Source: an uncultured Verrucomicrobiota bacterium
GTDB lineage: Bacteria; Verrucomicrobiota; Verrucomicrobiia; Palsa-1439
DNA length: 64,000 nucleotides
NCBI GenBank assembly: GCA_964541945.1
Contig: CAZISE010000003.1
Coordinates: 115,649-179,648 of the forward strand
Reading direction: 5' to 3'
Part shown: one piece after another, positions 1-9,110 of the stretch
How the letters are laid out: every line of letters starts with the position of its first letter
How positions within the stretch are numbered: position 1 is the stretch's first letter
Translations under genes and position numbers: made by a program
Notes under the pieces: model-generated
The model's database searches: none
Seen by the model: the letters and a program-made list of their open reading frames with translations, nothing else
What the model was told of the DNA's origin: nothing

Positions 1-851
1 GTTTCCCCAAAGGATGATTGACGGGGACGAAACGGAATGCCGCGCCCGCGCGGCTGCGGAATGTACTCAACGGTGGGCTGACGCCGCACCGGTTGCGGAT
101 ACAACTCCATCAAATGCAGCATCTCCGGCGGCATCTCCTTGCGCACCGGCAACCCCAACGCCACGGCCCGTTCATAGGTAATCGGATAATCATGCGTCCA
201 CGTCCCGCTGGTCAACAACCGGGCAAGCTCTTCGGCTTTCTCCGCCGGAAACTTCTCCGCCAACAACTCCCGCACCTGCGCGTTCATCTGGTCAATCGCC
301 TTGCGCGCCTGATCGGCCAAAATCAATGTCTGATCCTCGATTTCCATCACCGGCTTCTGCTGTACGGCCGCCAGAATCGAGGCGGCCGGATATTGCCCCA
401 GTTGCGGGTCCACCGGCCCCAATACGGCGTGTTCGCACATGACAATCTCATCGGCCGCCAACGCGATCAACGTCCCGCCGCTCATCGCATAATGCGGCAC
501 GAACACGGTCACCTTGCCCTTGTGCCGTTGCAACGCCCGCGCAATCTGCGTGGACGCCAGCACCAGCCCGCCGGGCGTGTGCAACACAATGTCCAACGGC
601 AATTCGGGATCGGTCAGGTGAATCGCCCGGATGACCTCCTCCGAATCATTCACGTCAATGTACCGAAAAATCGGAAACCCCAGCAGACTCATCGTCTCCT
701 GCCGATGCACCAACAAAATCACCCGCGACTTGCGCTGCATCTCAATCCGCGCCAACAACCGCTGACGACTCGCCTCCAACAGCCGTTGCCGAATCACCGG
801 CTGCAACGCCGTCAACATGAAAAACACCCAAAACAACTGATTCACATCCAT
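1..851 (-). CDS. S49/SDH-family (ClpP-fold) serine peptidase, partial (C-terminus beyond window start)
   Basis: Hand translation of the minus strand from ATG at ~849-851 gives MDVNQLFWVFFMLTALQPVIRQRLLEASRQRLLARIEMQRKSRVILLVHRQETMSLLGFPIFRYIDVNDSEEVIRAIHLTDPELPLDIVLHTPGGLVLASTQIA. The HTPGG motif is typical of the SDH/S49 peptidase family. The listed + ORF 18..1610 is its low-complexity antisense shadow. Confidence 0.5.
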   Translation of the reverse strand, partial: MDVNQLFWVFFMLTALQPVIRQRLLEASRQRLLARIEMQRKSRVILLVHRQETMSLLGFPIFRYIDVNDSEEVIRAIHLTDPELPLDIVLHTPGGLVLASTQIARALQRHKGKVTVFVPHYAMSGGTLIALAADEIVMCEHAVLGPVDPQLGQYPAASILAAVQQKPVMEIEDQTLILADQARKAIDQMNAQVRELLAEKFPAEKAEELARLLTSGTWTHDYPITYERAVALGLPVRKEMPPEMLHLMELYPQPVRRQPTVEYIPQPRGRGIPFRPRQSSFGE

Positions 852-872
852 AACCATCCGCTCCTTTTCCGT

Positions 873-1628
873 TCAATCACGATAATGTCCCCACACCCAC
901 TTGTAACCGTACTCGTCCGGCTCAAATTTCCGATACCGACGCCGACGCGGCCGCCGAAACACCCAACACAACACCGCCCCCGCCACAAACCCACCCACAT
1001 GCGCCCACCACGCAATCCCACCCACATGTCCCGACGCGGCCAACGACAACGTGCCACTGAACAACTGAATCAAAAACCACCACCCCAGATACAGAAATGC
1101 CGAAATCTCAATGAAATACGGCAGGAAAAACAACGGCACCACCATGATGATCCGCGAACGCGGAAACCACAACAAATACGCCCCCATCACCCCGGAAATG
1201 GCGCCCGACGCCCCAATGCACGGCACCGTCGAACTCGGTTGACTGAAAAACTGCACCAGTCCCGCCGCCACACCGCACAACAGATAAAAAATCAGAAACC
1301 GGACCGGCCCCATCCGGTCCTCGACGTTGTCGCCAAAAATCCACAACGTCCACATGTTGCCGAGAAAATGCGTCCAACCGCCGTGCAAAAACTGATGCGT
1401 CAAAAACGGCCAGTAATCATCCACGGGAAACCCGACCCACGCCGCCCAATCGGGATGGGCGTACCGCGCCGGCACGATCCCGAACAAATAAAAAAACTGC
1501 TCCAACGACCGCTCCGACAACGTCAACTCGAAGAAAAACACCACCGCATTGACCAGAATCAGCCCCCGCGTCATCAGCGGCGTGTTCCGACTCGGAATCG
1601 TGTCGTGTAACGGGAACATGGCCGCCAT
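873..1628 (-). CDS. rhomboid family intramembrane serine protease
   Basis: 251 aa multi-TM protein with the catalytic GASGAISGVMGAY (GxSG serine) and AHVGGFVAGA (histidine) motifs of rhomboids (GlpG-like). Confidence 0.85.
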   Translation of the reverse strand: MAAMFPLHDTIPSRNTPLMTRGLILVNAVVFFFELTLSERSLEQFFYLFGIVPARYAHPDWAAWVGFPVDDYWPFLTHQFLHGGWTHFLGNMWTLWIFGDNVEDRMGPVRFLIFYLLCGVAAGLVQFFSQPSSTVPCIGASGAISGVMGAYLLWFPRSRIIMVVPLFFLPYFIEISAFLYLGWWFLIQLFSGTLSLAASGHVGGIAWWAHVGGFVAGAVLCWVFRRPRRRRYRKFEPDEYGYKWVWGHYRD

Positions 1629-1874
1629 TTTTAGCCGTTTTTCCCCCGTCTTTCAACCTCAATTCCACTCATCTGCCCCTTGGAGGAGTTGTTCTTGCCG
1701 CCAACCACCGGCCACCCTAGAATCGCCCGCCATGGCGACTGGAATCAAAACGCGACCACTACGGCGAATGACGCAGGCGGAACTGGACCTGTTCCTCGGA
1801 GAAGTCCCCAAGCTGCCGGTCGAAATCGTTGAGACCCGTGTGACAAAAAGACCTCAATCAGGGATTGATTCAGA

Positions 1875-4800
1875 ATGACCGAGAAACTTTTACGCGAAGG
1901 ACAAATCCTCAAAGGGCCGTTGTTCAACGAACCGGTGCGGGTCGAGACAGTAACGGTCAACGGAACGGATTCGTGGACGATCGGGTGCGTGGGGCTGCAC
2001 TCGGAAAAGTTCCGTCGCGTCACGCTTTCCGGGAATGACCTGAAATCGCTAACAATTCTTCCGGAGATTTTCACCTTCGACGGCAACGGGCGACAATTGC
2101 GGTTGGGCATTCAAGCCTACAGCTTGGGAATCGCCTACGAATTCGATCCGTACTTCGGCCTTTCGATCTCGCGAGTGGATCCGCTGCCACACCAACTGGA
2201 GGCGGTCTATGATTATTTGCTGAAACTGGCGCGTGTGCGTTTCCTGCTGGCCGACGACGCCGGTGCCGGCAAAACCATCATGGCAGGGTTGTTGATCCGC
2301 GAACTGAAACTGCGCGGCCTGGCGGAACGCATCCTGGTCGTTTGCCCGTCCAACCTCACGTTTCAGTGGCAGCGCGAGTTGAAAGAAAAATTCGACGAAA
2401 AGTTTCTCGTCATCAAAGGCGGCGACATCCGCGAACAGTTCGGCGTCAACCAGTGGATGGAACGCAACCAGGCCATTACATCGCTCGACCTCGCCAAACG
2501 CGCCGAAATTCTGCCCGGCCTGCGCCAGACCCACTGGGATTTGGTCATTGTGGACGAAGCGCATCGGATGTCGGCTGCGGATGAAACCCACAAGAGTCTG
2601 CGCTACAAACTGGGCGAATTACTCCGCGACAGCGCGGATCATTTGCTGCTGCTCACCGCCACCCCGCACAAGGGCGACCCGGTCAACTTCACCCTGTTCC
2701 TGCAACTGCTCGACGCCGATGCCTATGCGGATGTGCGATCCATCCGGCAGGCTATGACACAGCAACGCGCGCCGTTTTATTTGCGCCGCACCAAAGAGGC
2801 AATGGTCTATTTCCCCGAGCGGCAGCCGGACGGCAAATGGATGGCGCGGAAAATCTTCACAAAACGAATCACTCGCACGGTCGCTTTCATGCTCGATGGT
2901 CCTGAATTTGACTTGTACCGCGCCGTCACCGGGTTCATCAAGGCGCAGAGCGCAAAAGCCGCCGCCCAAGGCGATGATCTGCGAGCGCGGGCGGTCGGAT
3001 TCTTGATGTCGCTGTACCAACGACGACTGGCATCGAGCACCCATGCGCTCCGTCGTTCGCTGGAAAATCGCGCCAAACGCCTCGCCGACGCCCTGAAAAA
3101 TGCCCAGCAACTGGCCGCGCTGGCACCGCCAGAGGTACCCAGCGAAGAAGAACTCGAAGAAATGGAAGAATCCGAGCGTGAGCGGCTGGAGGAACAACTG
3201 GAAGCCGTCACGCTCGCCGGCAATGCCGAACAGGTGCGCGACGAGATCCATCAATTGAACGAACTGGCCGCCCAAGCCCGCGCCGTCGAGGAGACACTGG
3301 CCGAGGCCAAGCTGGCACGCTTGAAGGAACTGCTGCAGCAGGAAGGCTTCTTTGACCATCCCACCAAACGGTTGCTGATTTTCACCGAGTACAAAGACAC
3401 GCTCGACTATCTGATGGCACGACTCAAGGAGTGGGGGTTTAGCGTCGGATGCATCCACGGCGGCATGAAACCCGGTTCACGGGATGAACCCGGCACGCGC
3501 CTCCATGCCGAGCAACAATTCAAAGACGGCGTGATTCAAATCCTGGTTGCCACCGAGGCGGCTGGCGAGGGCATCAACCTTCAGTGCTGTCACATCCTGT
3601 TCAACTACGATATCCCGTGGAACCCCAACCGACTCGAACAACGCATGGGCCGCATCCACCGCTACGGTCAGCTCCACGACTGCCTCATCTTCAATTTCGT
3701 CGCCAGCAACACCATCGAAGGCCACGTCTTGCGCCGTCTCCTGGAAAAATTGCAGGAAATCCGCAACGCGCTCGACAACGACGCCGTGTTCAACGTCGTC
3801 GGCGAAGTTCTGCCCGCCGCTCACATCGAGCGGGTCTTGCGCGATTACTACGCCGGCAAACTCGGCGATGCCGACCTGGAAGATCGCTTGCTCCGCAATG
3901 TGGACGAGCAACATTTCCGCGCCATCTGCGAAAACGCCCTAGAAGGGCTGGCAGCCAAGAAACTCAACCTGGAAATGCTCATCGAACGCCGCGCACGCGC
4001 CCAGGAACGCCGCGTCGTCCCCGAAACCATCGCCCGTTTCCTGCGAGAAAGCGCCGAAACCGTGGCGCTCACCCTCAAACCCGTCGAGTCGCTACCGCAT
4101 ACTTTCGAAGGCATCAAGACGCCCACCGCGCTCAAGCGCTACGAGACCGACTCGACCTGGAAATTGCCGGTACTGGCCCTCAAATACCCGCGCCTCTCGA
4201 CCGACCGCGAGACCGCTGAAAAACACAATCTCGAATGGGTCACACCCGGTCACCCGTTGTTCGAGGCGTTACGCCGACACGCCCTCGAATCCGCCCGCGA
4301 ACCCTTCAGCAAGGGCGCGTGTTTCTACTCGCTCCAACACGATGCGCCCACCCGGCTCGATTTCTACCGCGCCCGCGTCGTGGACGGACTCGGCCAGGTT
4401 ATCCACGAACGACTGTATGCGGTCGAACTTTCTGAGACGGGCGCGCCCCGGCTGCGCGAGCCGGGCGTGATCGGCGACTTCGTGCCCGCCAACCCGCCGC
4501 CAATGTTGCCGGCGGTTGCCGAACTGCCTGAAGCAACCGCATGGTTCAACACGCAAGTGTTGACTGGTTTCCTCGAAGAAGTCCGCGTCGAACGCATTGC
4601 GGAGTTGGACCGTATCGCCAACCATGTCGAGTTGTCCCTGACCGAGCTGCTTCAGAAAGCCGACGAGGAAATCGGCAGGGCACAGGAGGCCATTGATCGT
4701 GGCGAACAAGGTGCCGAGGGGCGCCTGGCGCAGGCCGAAGAACGACACGACAAGTTACTCCAACGCCGCGAGCAACGCCGCCAGGAACTGCAACAGCAGC

Positions 4801-5300
4801 GCTCCCTGACCTTGCAAAGCGTCGAACGAATCACCTCCGTCCTCATCCTGCCTCACCCGGAACGACAAGCCGCCGATGTGGCTCATCTGCGGCCTAACCC
4901 GCAAACCGAAGCCGCAGCCATGCAAACCGTGATCGCCTACGAACGCAACCACGGCCGACACGTCGAGGACGTGCACGAGAAAAATCTCGGCTACGATTTG
5001 ACCAGCCTCGACCCGCAGTCCGGCGAACTGCGCCTGATTGAGGTCAAGGGACTGGGCGCTGCCAGCGGTCGCGTCCTGCTCACACCCAACGAACGGCGCG
5101 TCGCCGAGGATCGGCGCGATTGTTACTGGCTGTATGTCGTTACCCACTGCGACACCACGCCGCAGTTGCAGGAGCCGATCAAGGACCCGGCTCGGTTCCC
5201 GTGGCACGTGGTCAGCAAGGTTGAGCATTACTGGCTGGAAGTGAAAGCCCTGACCCAACCCATGCAGGTGCGGGAAACGCCCGAAGGCTACCACCCATGA
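1875..5300 (+). CDS. SNF2-family (DEAH) helicase/ATPase with C-terminal DUF3883 domain; first gene of defence-like operon
   Basis: ATG start. Walker A DAGAGKT, DEAH box VIVDEAHRM, motif III LLLTATPHKGD, helicase-C ILVATEAAGEGINLQ and QRMGRIHRYGQ. The C-terminal ~120 aa (VIAYERNHGRHVEDVHEKNLGYDLTSLDPQSGELRLIEVKGLGAASGRVLLTPNERRVAEDRRDCYWLYVVTHC) matches the DUF3883/NO-VEIN C-terminal signature. Confidence 0.85.
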   Translation: MTEKLLREGQILKGPLFNEPVRVETVTVNGTDSWTIGCVGLHSEKFRRVTLSGNDLKSLTILPEIFTFDGNGRQLRLGIQAYSLGIAYEFDPYFGLSISRVDPLPHQLEAVYDYLLKLARVRFLLADDAGAGKTIMAGLLIRELKLRGLAERILVVCPSNLTFQWQRELKEKFDEKFLVIKGGDIREQFGVNQWMERNQAITSLDLAKRAEILPGLRQTHWDLVIVDEAHRMSAADETHKSLRYKLGELLRDSADHLLLLTATPHKGDPVNFTLFLQLLDADAYADVRSIRQAMTQQRAPFYLRRTKEAMVYFPERQPDGKWMARKIFTKRITRTVAFMLDGPEFDLYRAVTGFIKAQSAKAAAQGDDLRARAVGFLMSLYQRRLASSTHALRRSLENRAKRLADALKNAQQLAALAPPEVPSEEELEEMEESERERLEEQLEAVTLAGNAEQVRDEIHQLNELAAQARAVEETLAEAKLARLKELLQQEGFFDHPTKRLLIFTEYKDTLDYLMARLKEWGFSVGCIHGGMKPGSRDEPGTRLHAEQQFKDGVIQILVATEAAGEGINLQCCHILFNYDIPWNPNRLEQRMGRIHRYGQLHDCLIFNFVASNTIEGHVLRRLLEKLQEIRNALDNDAVFNVVGEVLPAAHIERVLRDYYAGKLGDADLEDRLLRNVDEQHFRAICENALEGLAAKKLNLEMLIERRARAQERRVVPETIARFLRESAETVALTLKPVESLPHTFEGIKTPTALKRYETDSTWKLPVLALKYPRLSTDRETAEKHNLEWVTPGHPLFEALRRHALESAREPFSKGACFYSLQHDAPTRLDFYRARVVDGLGQVIHERLYAVELSETGAPRLREPGVIGDFVPANPPPMLPAVAELPEATAWFNTQVLTGFLEEVRVERIAELDRIANHVELSLTELLQKADEEIGRAQEAIDRGEQGAEGRLAQAEERHDKLLQRREQRRQELQQQRSLTLQSVERITSVLILPHPERQAADVAHLRPNPQTEAAAMQTVIAYERNHGRHVEDVHEKNLGYDLTSLDPQSGELRLIEVKGLGAASGRVLLTPNERRVAEDRRDCYWLYVVTHCDTTPQLQEPIKDPARFPWHVVSKVEHYWLEVKALTQPMQVRETPEGYHP

Positions 5301-6118
5301 CATCCGACCGATCAGACCGATCCGACCAATCTGACCGATCACCGCGCAAGCGCCTCCGACCCAGCGGCGGTTACCGCAACACCGCCAGTTTCCAGACCGC
5401 CACGATCATCTACGATGCCACCTACTGGTTCTGCGAAAAGTTCCTCGACCCGCGTTCGCGCACGGTGGACCAGATGGTGCAAGCCGCGCGCAGTGGCCGG
5501 CAAAACATTGCCGAAGCCAGCCGCGCCGCCGCCGCTTCTTCACAGACCGAGCTGCGCCTGCTCAACACCGCCCGCGCCAGCCTCGAGGAGCTGCTGCTGG
5601 ACTACGAAGATTACCTGCGCCACCGCCACCTGCCACAATGGTCGCCCGACAACCCCGAAGCGCGCGCCGTGAGGGACCTGGCGGCGCGAATGCGCCGCCA
5701 ACGCGACCAGTCTGATCAGTCCGATCCGCCTGATCCGCCTGATCAGCAGTACCGCGCGCTCTGGGCGCTCTACGCCCCGTGGCTGGAGCACGCCGACCCG
5801 GCCGTTCGCGCCAACGCGCTGATCTGCCTCATCCACCAAGCCAATTACCTGCTCGACCAGCAAATCAACGCGCTGGAGCAGGCCTTCGTGGAAGACGGCG
5901 GCTACAGCGAGCAACTCGCCGCCGCTCGGCTGGCGCACCGCGCCAAGCGCGATCAGACCGATCAGACCGATCAGGCCGATCCGTCCGATCGCATCCCCCG
6001 TTGCCCCCAATGCGGCAAGCTGATGGCGCTGCGCACCGCCAAAACCGGCAAAAAAGCCGGCAGCCAGTTCTGGGGCTGCACCGGCTACCCCGATTGCAAA
6101 GGAACCGCCCCACTATGA
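5297..6118 (+). CDS. small four-helix-bundle (PF05635-like) protein fused to a topoisomerase-type C4 zinc ribbon; contains three 9-bp repeat arrays
   Basis: The ATG overlaps the helicase stop (ATGA) and the stop overlaps the methylase start (ATGA). The 4HB-like segments are YRNTASFQTATIIYDATYWFCEKF, QMVQAARSGRQNIAEASR and ARASLEELLLDYEDYL. The C-terminal segment CPQCGKLMALRTAKTGKKAGSQFWGCTGYPDCKGT matches zf-C4_Topoisom. SDRSDRS/DQSDQSDPPDPPD/DQTDQTDQADPSD insertions come from the 9-mer arrays. Confidence 0.6.
   Translation: MTSDRSDRSDQSDRSPRKRLRPSGGYRNTASFQTATIIYDATYWFCEKFLDPRSRTVDQMVQAARSGRQNIAEASRAAAASSQTELRLLNTARASLEELLLDYEDYLRHRHLPQWSPDNPEARAVRDLAARMRRQRDQSDQSDPPDPPDQQYRALWALYAPWLEHADPAVRANALICLIHQANYLLDQQINALEQAFVEDGGYSEQLAAARLAHRAKRDQTDQTDQADPSDRIPRCPQCGKLMALRTAKTGKKAGSQFWGCTGYPDCKGTAPL
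5303..5341. repeat. 9-bp GATC-containing tandem repeat array 1 (4 units, consensus TCNGACCGA/GACCGATCN), in-frame, encodes (SDR)n
   Basis: Units tccgaccga / tcagaccga / tccgaccaa / tctgaccga read directly from sequence, at the helicase/small-gene junction. Confidence 0.8.
5705..5746. repeat. 9-bp GATC tandem repeat array 2 (about 4 units), encodes DQSDQSDPPDPPD
   Basis: tctgatcag / tccgatccg / cctgatccg / cctgatcag. Inserted in the middle of the four-helix-bundle domain. Confidence 0.8.
5951..5992. repeat. 9-bp GATC tandem repeat array 3 (4.5 units), encodes DQTDQTDQADPSD
   Basis: gatcagacc / gatcagacc / gatcaggcc / gatccgtcc / gatcgc. Sits between the 4HB domain and the Zn ribbon. Confidence 0.8.
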
Positions 6119-9108
6119 TCCCTCGCAACTGTAAACGACTCGCCGAACTCGATTTCCCCATCGCCACTGTGGGAAAACATGCGATTCGAGAGAAGCCAAT
6201 TGTTCGTAACCATCCACAGTCAATCCAGCAATGGTGGGCACGCCGGCCTCTCGCGGCTTGCCGGGCCGTGCTGCTCGGCCTGCTGTTGCCCGACCCGGCC
6301 GATCCGCTCTGCCCGGCGGAGTTCAAGAGCAAAGCGCGCGAGCTGCTCCGCAAAGTGCCCGGCCGACTCGGCAACACCGACCTCGACCTGCGCAATGCGC
6401 TGCTGAAGTTCATCGGCGATTTCGCCAACTGGGAACTTTCCTCGCACGCCACTTACCTCGAAGTCGGGCGCGGCCTGGTCAAAGCGGCTCACCCGGAAGA
6501 ACCGCCGCTTGTGGTTGACCCGTTTGCCGGCGGCGGCTCGATCCCGCTGGAAGCGTTGCGGCTCGGGTGCGAAGCGTTTGCCTCCGACCTCAACCCCGTT
6601 GCCTGCCTGATCCTGAAGGTGATGCTTGAAGATATTCCCCGGCACGGCCCGCAACTGGCCGAGGAACTGCGGCGTGTCGGCGCGCAAATCAAGGCGGCGG
6701 CCGAACGCGAATTGGCGCAGTATTACCCGGCGGATCCGGATGGGGCGCGGCCGATTGCCTACCTGTGGGCGCGGACGGTGCGGTGCGAATCGCCGCAGTG
6801 CGGCGCCGAAATCCCGCTGGTGCGCTCGTTCTGGCTCTGCAAAAAGACCGACCGCAAACGGGCGCTGCGCCTGGTGCGAGCCGACCGATCCGACCGATCG
6901 GACGGATCCGACCGATCCGTTCGATTCGAGCTGTTCACCCCTGCCCGCGATGACGAGGTGCCGCCCGGCACGGTCTCACGCGCCAATGCAACCTGCCCGT
7001 GTTGCGGTGTGGTGTTGCCGGCGGCGCGGGTGCGGGCGCAACTGGCCGCCCAACGCGGCGGCGCCGATGTGCTCTTTGACGAGCGCGGGCGACGAATCGG
7101 CGGTGCGCGGCTGCTGGCGGTGGTGACACTCAAGGACGGCGAGCCGGGCCGACACTACCGGCTGGCCACCGACCGCGATTACGAACCGGTCTGGCTAGCC
7201 CAACAAGCCGTCGCCCAACTCCCACCCGGCACCGTGCCGGATGAGCCAACGCCCGCCGGTGGCGGGGCAGGAGCAGGCCGCGCCTTCAGTGTCCAACGCT
7301 ACGGCATGCTCCAGTGGGGCGACCTCTTCACCGCCAGACAAAAACTAACTTTGGCTACTCTGGGATCGCTCGTGGGCAGACTGGAAAATGAGATTCATCG
7401 CAAACTTGTGGCATTCGTTCTTTCACGCCTTTCGGATCGACTTGCATCATTGCTCGGCTGGGACGTGGGGGGGGAGAAGTTAGGGCATGTATTTAACAGA
7501 CAAGCGCTCCCAATTGTGTGGGATTACACCGAAGGAGCACCCTTTGCCGACGCGAGCGGGAGCTACCAGAACGTTAAGGAACAAATTGAGGGTGCCGTTG
7601 ACTCTGTTAGTTCCCTCACCCGATCAGGACAAGCCCAAATTGCCGACGCCTGTGCCTCGCCCTTGCCGGATGATGCCTGCAGCGTCTGGTTCACCGATCC
7701 GCCCTACTACGATGCCGTGCCGTATGCCGATCTGTCGGATTTCTTCTTTGTCTGGCTGAAGCGGACATTGCCGGGTCATCCGTTGTTGCGTGACCCGTTC
7801 GACCCGGCCAACCCGCTGACGCCAAAAACACGCGAAGCGGTGCAGGACGAAGTCAAAGAAGCCGACGGTCGCCCGAAGGACAAGGGATGGTTTGAAGAAA
7901 CGATGGCCAAAGCGTTTGCCGAAGGCCGGCGCGTGCTCAAGGACGACGGCATCGGTTGTGTCGTGTTCGCCCACAAAACCACCGAAGGCTGGGAAGCGTT
8001 GTTGTCGGGCATGATCCGCGGCGGCTGGACAATTACCGGTTCGTGGCCGATTGCCACCGAGCGGCCGGGACGGCTGCGCTCGCAAGCGTCCGCTGCACTG
8101 GCGACCAGCGTCCATCTGATTTGCCGGCCGCGCACGGACGACGCGGTGGGCGATTGGAGCGCCGTGTCGCGTGAACTGCCGCAACGTGTGCGGGATTGGA
8201 TGGAGCGGTTGGAGCGTGAAGGCGTGCGCGGTGCTGACCTGGTGTTTGCCTGCATTGGTCCTGCGCTGGAGATTTACAGCCGCTACGCCAAAGTGGTGGA
8301 CGCCGAAGACCGGGAAATCCCGTTGGGCGGCGACTCCGAAGCGCGCGAGCCGCATCGGCGCGGTTTTCTGGCTTACGTCTGGGAAGTGGTCGGCCGCATT
8401 GCGCTGGAGCAGGTGCTCGGCAGCGCCGAAGCACGCGCCACCAACGGCGTTGCCGGCGCGCTGGAAGAAGACGCCCGGTTGACCGCGCTGTTTCTCTGGG
8501 CGCTGCAAACCACTGCCGGCGATCCGCCCGATCTGACCGATCCGACCGATCCGCCCGATCCGTCCGATCAGGAGGAAGAGGAAGCCCCCAAACCTGCGCG
8601 CGGGTTCTCGCTGGTCTTCGACGTGGTGCGCCGGTTCGCCCAGCCGCTGGGGATTCACCTGCCGGACTGGGAAGGGCGGATCATCGCCACCGAGAAAGGC
8701 GTGGTGCGGCTGTTGCCGGTGCATGACCGGGCCGAGCAGTTGTTCGGCAAAGAGGGCGCGCAGGCGATTGCTTCCCGGCTGGAACGGGAAACGCAAGGCG
8801 ACGCGCAGTTGGTGTTGTTCCCCGACCGGCAAGAGGCCGCCGCGCCGCGGGTGCAGGGCCGGCGCCGGCGTAGTCGCGGCGAGGAGGCCGTTGCCACGCA
8901 GCGTGCCGCGACGACGCTGGATCGGGTGCACGCGGCGATGCTGTTGCAGGCCAGCGGCAAGTCGAATGCGTTGCGGGCGATGTTGCAAGCTGAGCGCGAG
9001 CGCGGTCCGGAGTTTCTGCGCTTGGCGAACGCGCTCTCAGCGTTGTATCCTCGCGACAGCGAGGAAAAACGGCTGCTGGACGCCATGCTATTGGCCATGC
9101 CCCGCTAA
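6115..9108 (+). CDS. DUF1156-family Zn-ribbon N6-adenine/N4-cytosine class DNA methyltransferase (DPPY motif)
   Basis: The true start is ATG at 6115 (M I P R N C), overlapping the upstream stop. The listed 5779 start is a frame-overlapping extension. The DUF1156 N-terminus is FPIATVGKHAIREKPIVRNHPQSIQQWWARRPLAACRAVLL. SAM motif I is VVDPFAGGGSIPLEALRLGC and catalytic motif IV is WFTDPPYYDAVPY. The Zn ribbon is CESPQCG...CPCCG. It contains two 9-mer arrays. Confidence 0.8.
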   Translation: MIPRNCKRLAELDFPIATVGKHAIREKPIVRNHPQSIQQWWARRPLAACRAVLLGLLLPDPADPLCPAEFKSKARELLRKVPGRLGNTDLDLRNALLKFIGDFANWELSSHATYLEVGRGLVKAAHPEEPPLVVDPFAGGGSIPLEALRLGCEAFASDLNPVACLILKVMLEDIPRHGPQLAEELRRVGAQIKAAAERELAQYYPADPDGARPIAYLWARTVRCESPQCGAEIPLVRSFWLCKKTDRKRALRLVRADRSDRSDGSDRSVRFELFTPARDDEVPPGTVSRANATCPCCGVVLPAARVRAQLAAQRGGADVLFDERGRRIGGARLLAVVTLKDGEPGRHYRLATDRDYEPVWLAQQAVAQLPPGTVPDEPTPAGGGAGAGRAFSVQRYGMLQWGDLFTARQKLTLATLGSLVGRLENEIHRKLVAFVLSRLSDRLASLLGWDVGGEKLGHVFNRQALPIVWDYTEGAPFADASGSYQNVKEQIEGAVDSVSSLTRSGQAQIADACASPLPDDACSVWFTDPPYYDAVPYADLSDFFFVWLKRTLPGHPLLRDPFDPANPLTPKTREAVQDEVKEADGRPKDKGWFEETMAKAFAEGRRVLKDDGIGCVVFAHKTTEGWEALLSGMIRGGWTITGSWPIATERPGRLRSQASAALATSVHLICRPRTDDAVGDWSAVSRELPQRVRDWMERLEREGVRGADLVFACIGPALEIYSRYAKVVDAEDREIPLGGDSEAREPHRRGFLAYVWEVVGRIALEQVLGSAEARATNGVAGALEEDARLTALFLWALQTTAGDPPDLTDPTDPPDPSDQEEEEAPKPARGFSLVFDVVRRFAQPLGIHLPDWEGRIIATEKGVVRLLPVHDRAEQLFGKEGAQAIASRLERETQGDAQLVLFPDRQEAAAPRVQGRRRRSRGEEAVATQRAATTLDRVHAAMLLQASGKSNALRAMLQAERERGPEFLRLANALSALYPRDSEEKRLLDAMLLAMPR
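6883..6927. repeat. 9-bp GATC tandem repeat array 4 (5 units), encodes DRSDRSDGSDRSVRF inside the methylase Zn-ribbon region
   Basis: gaccgatcc / gaccgatcg / gacggatcc / gaccgatcc / gttcgattc. Confidence 0.8.
8521..8571. repeat. 9-bp GATC tandem repeat array 5 (5.5 units), encodes DPPDLTDPTDPPDPSDQ linker in the methylase
   Basis: gatccgccc / gatctgacc / gatccgacc / gatccgccc / gatccgtcc / gatcag. It uses a different codon phase (DPT) from arrays 1 and 4 (DRS). Confidence 0.8.
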
Positions 9109-9110
9109 AA

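Noticed and set aside
18-1610. 530-aa + strand ORF rich in Arg/Pro/Gln covering the first 1.6 kb
   Set aside because: It is low-complexity and is the antisense frame of two well-supported minus-strand genes (S49-like peptidase and rhomboid protease). It is a typical high-GC shadow ORF.
4755-5342. Minus-strand ORFs with IGQIGRIGLIGR / IGRIGRIGQIGR peptides (4755..5342, 5540..6010, 7624..8988)
   Set aside because: They are antisense translations of the 9-mer repeat arrays and overlap strongly supported + strand genes. They have no independent support.
5779-6114. Upstream extension of the methylase ORF (listed start 5779) overlapping the small 4HB gene
   Set aside because: The extension is in a different frame from the recognisable 4HB/Zn-ribbon protein and is Arg-rich. 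The conserved DUF1156 N-terminus begins at the ATG at 6115, which overlaps the upstream stop codon.
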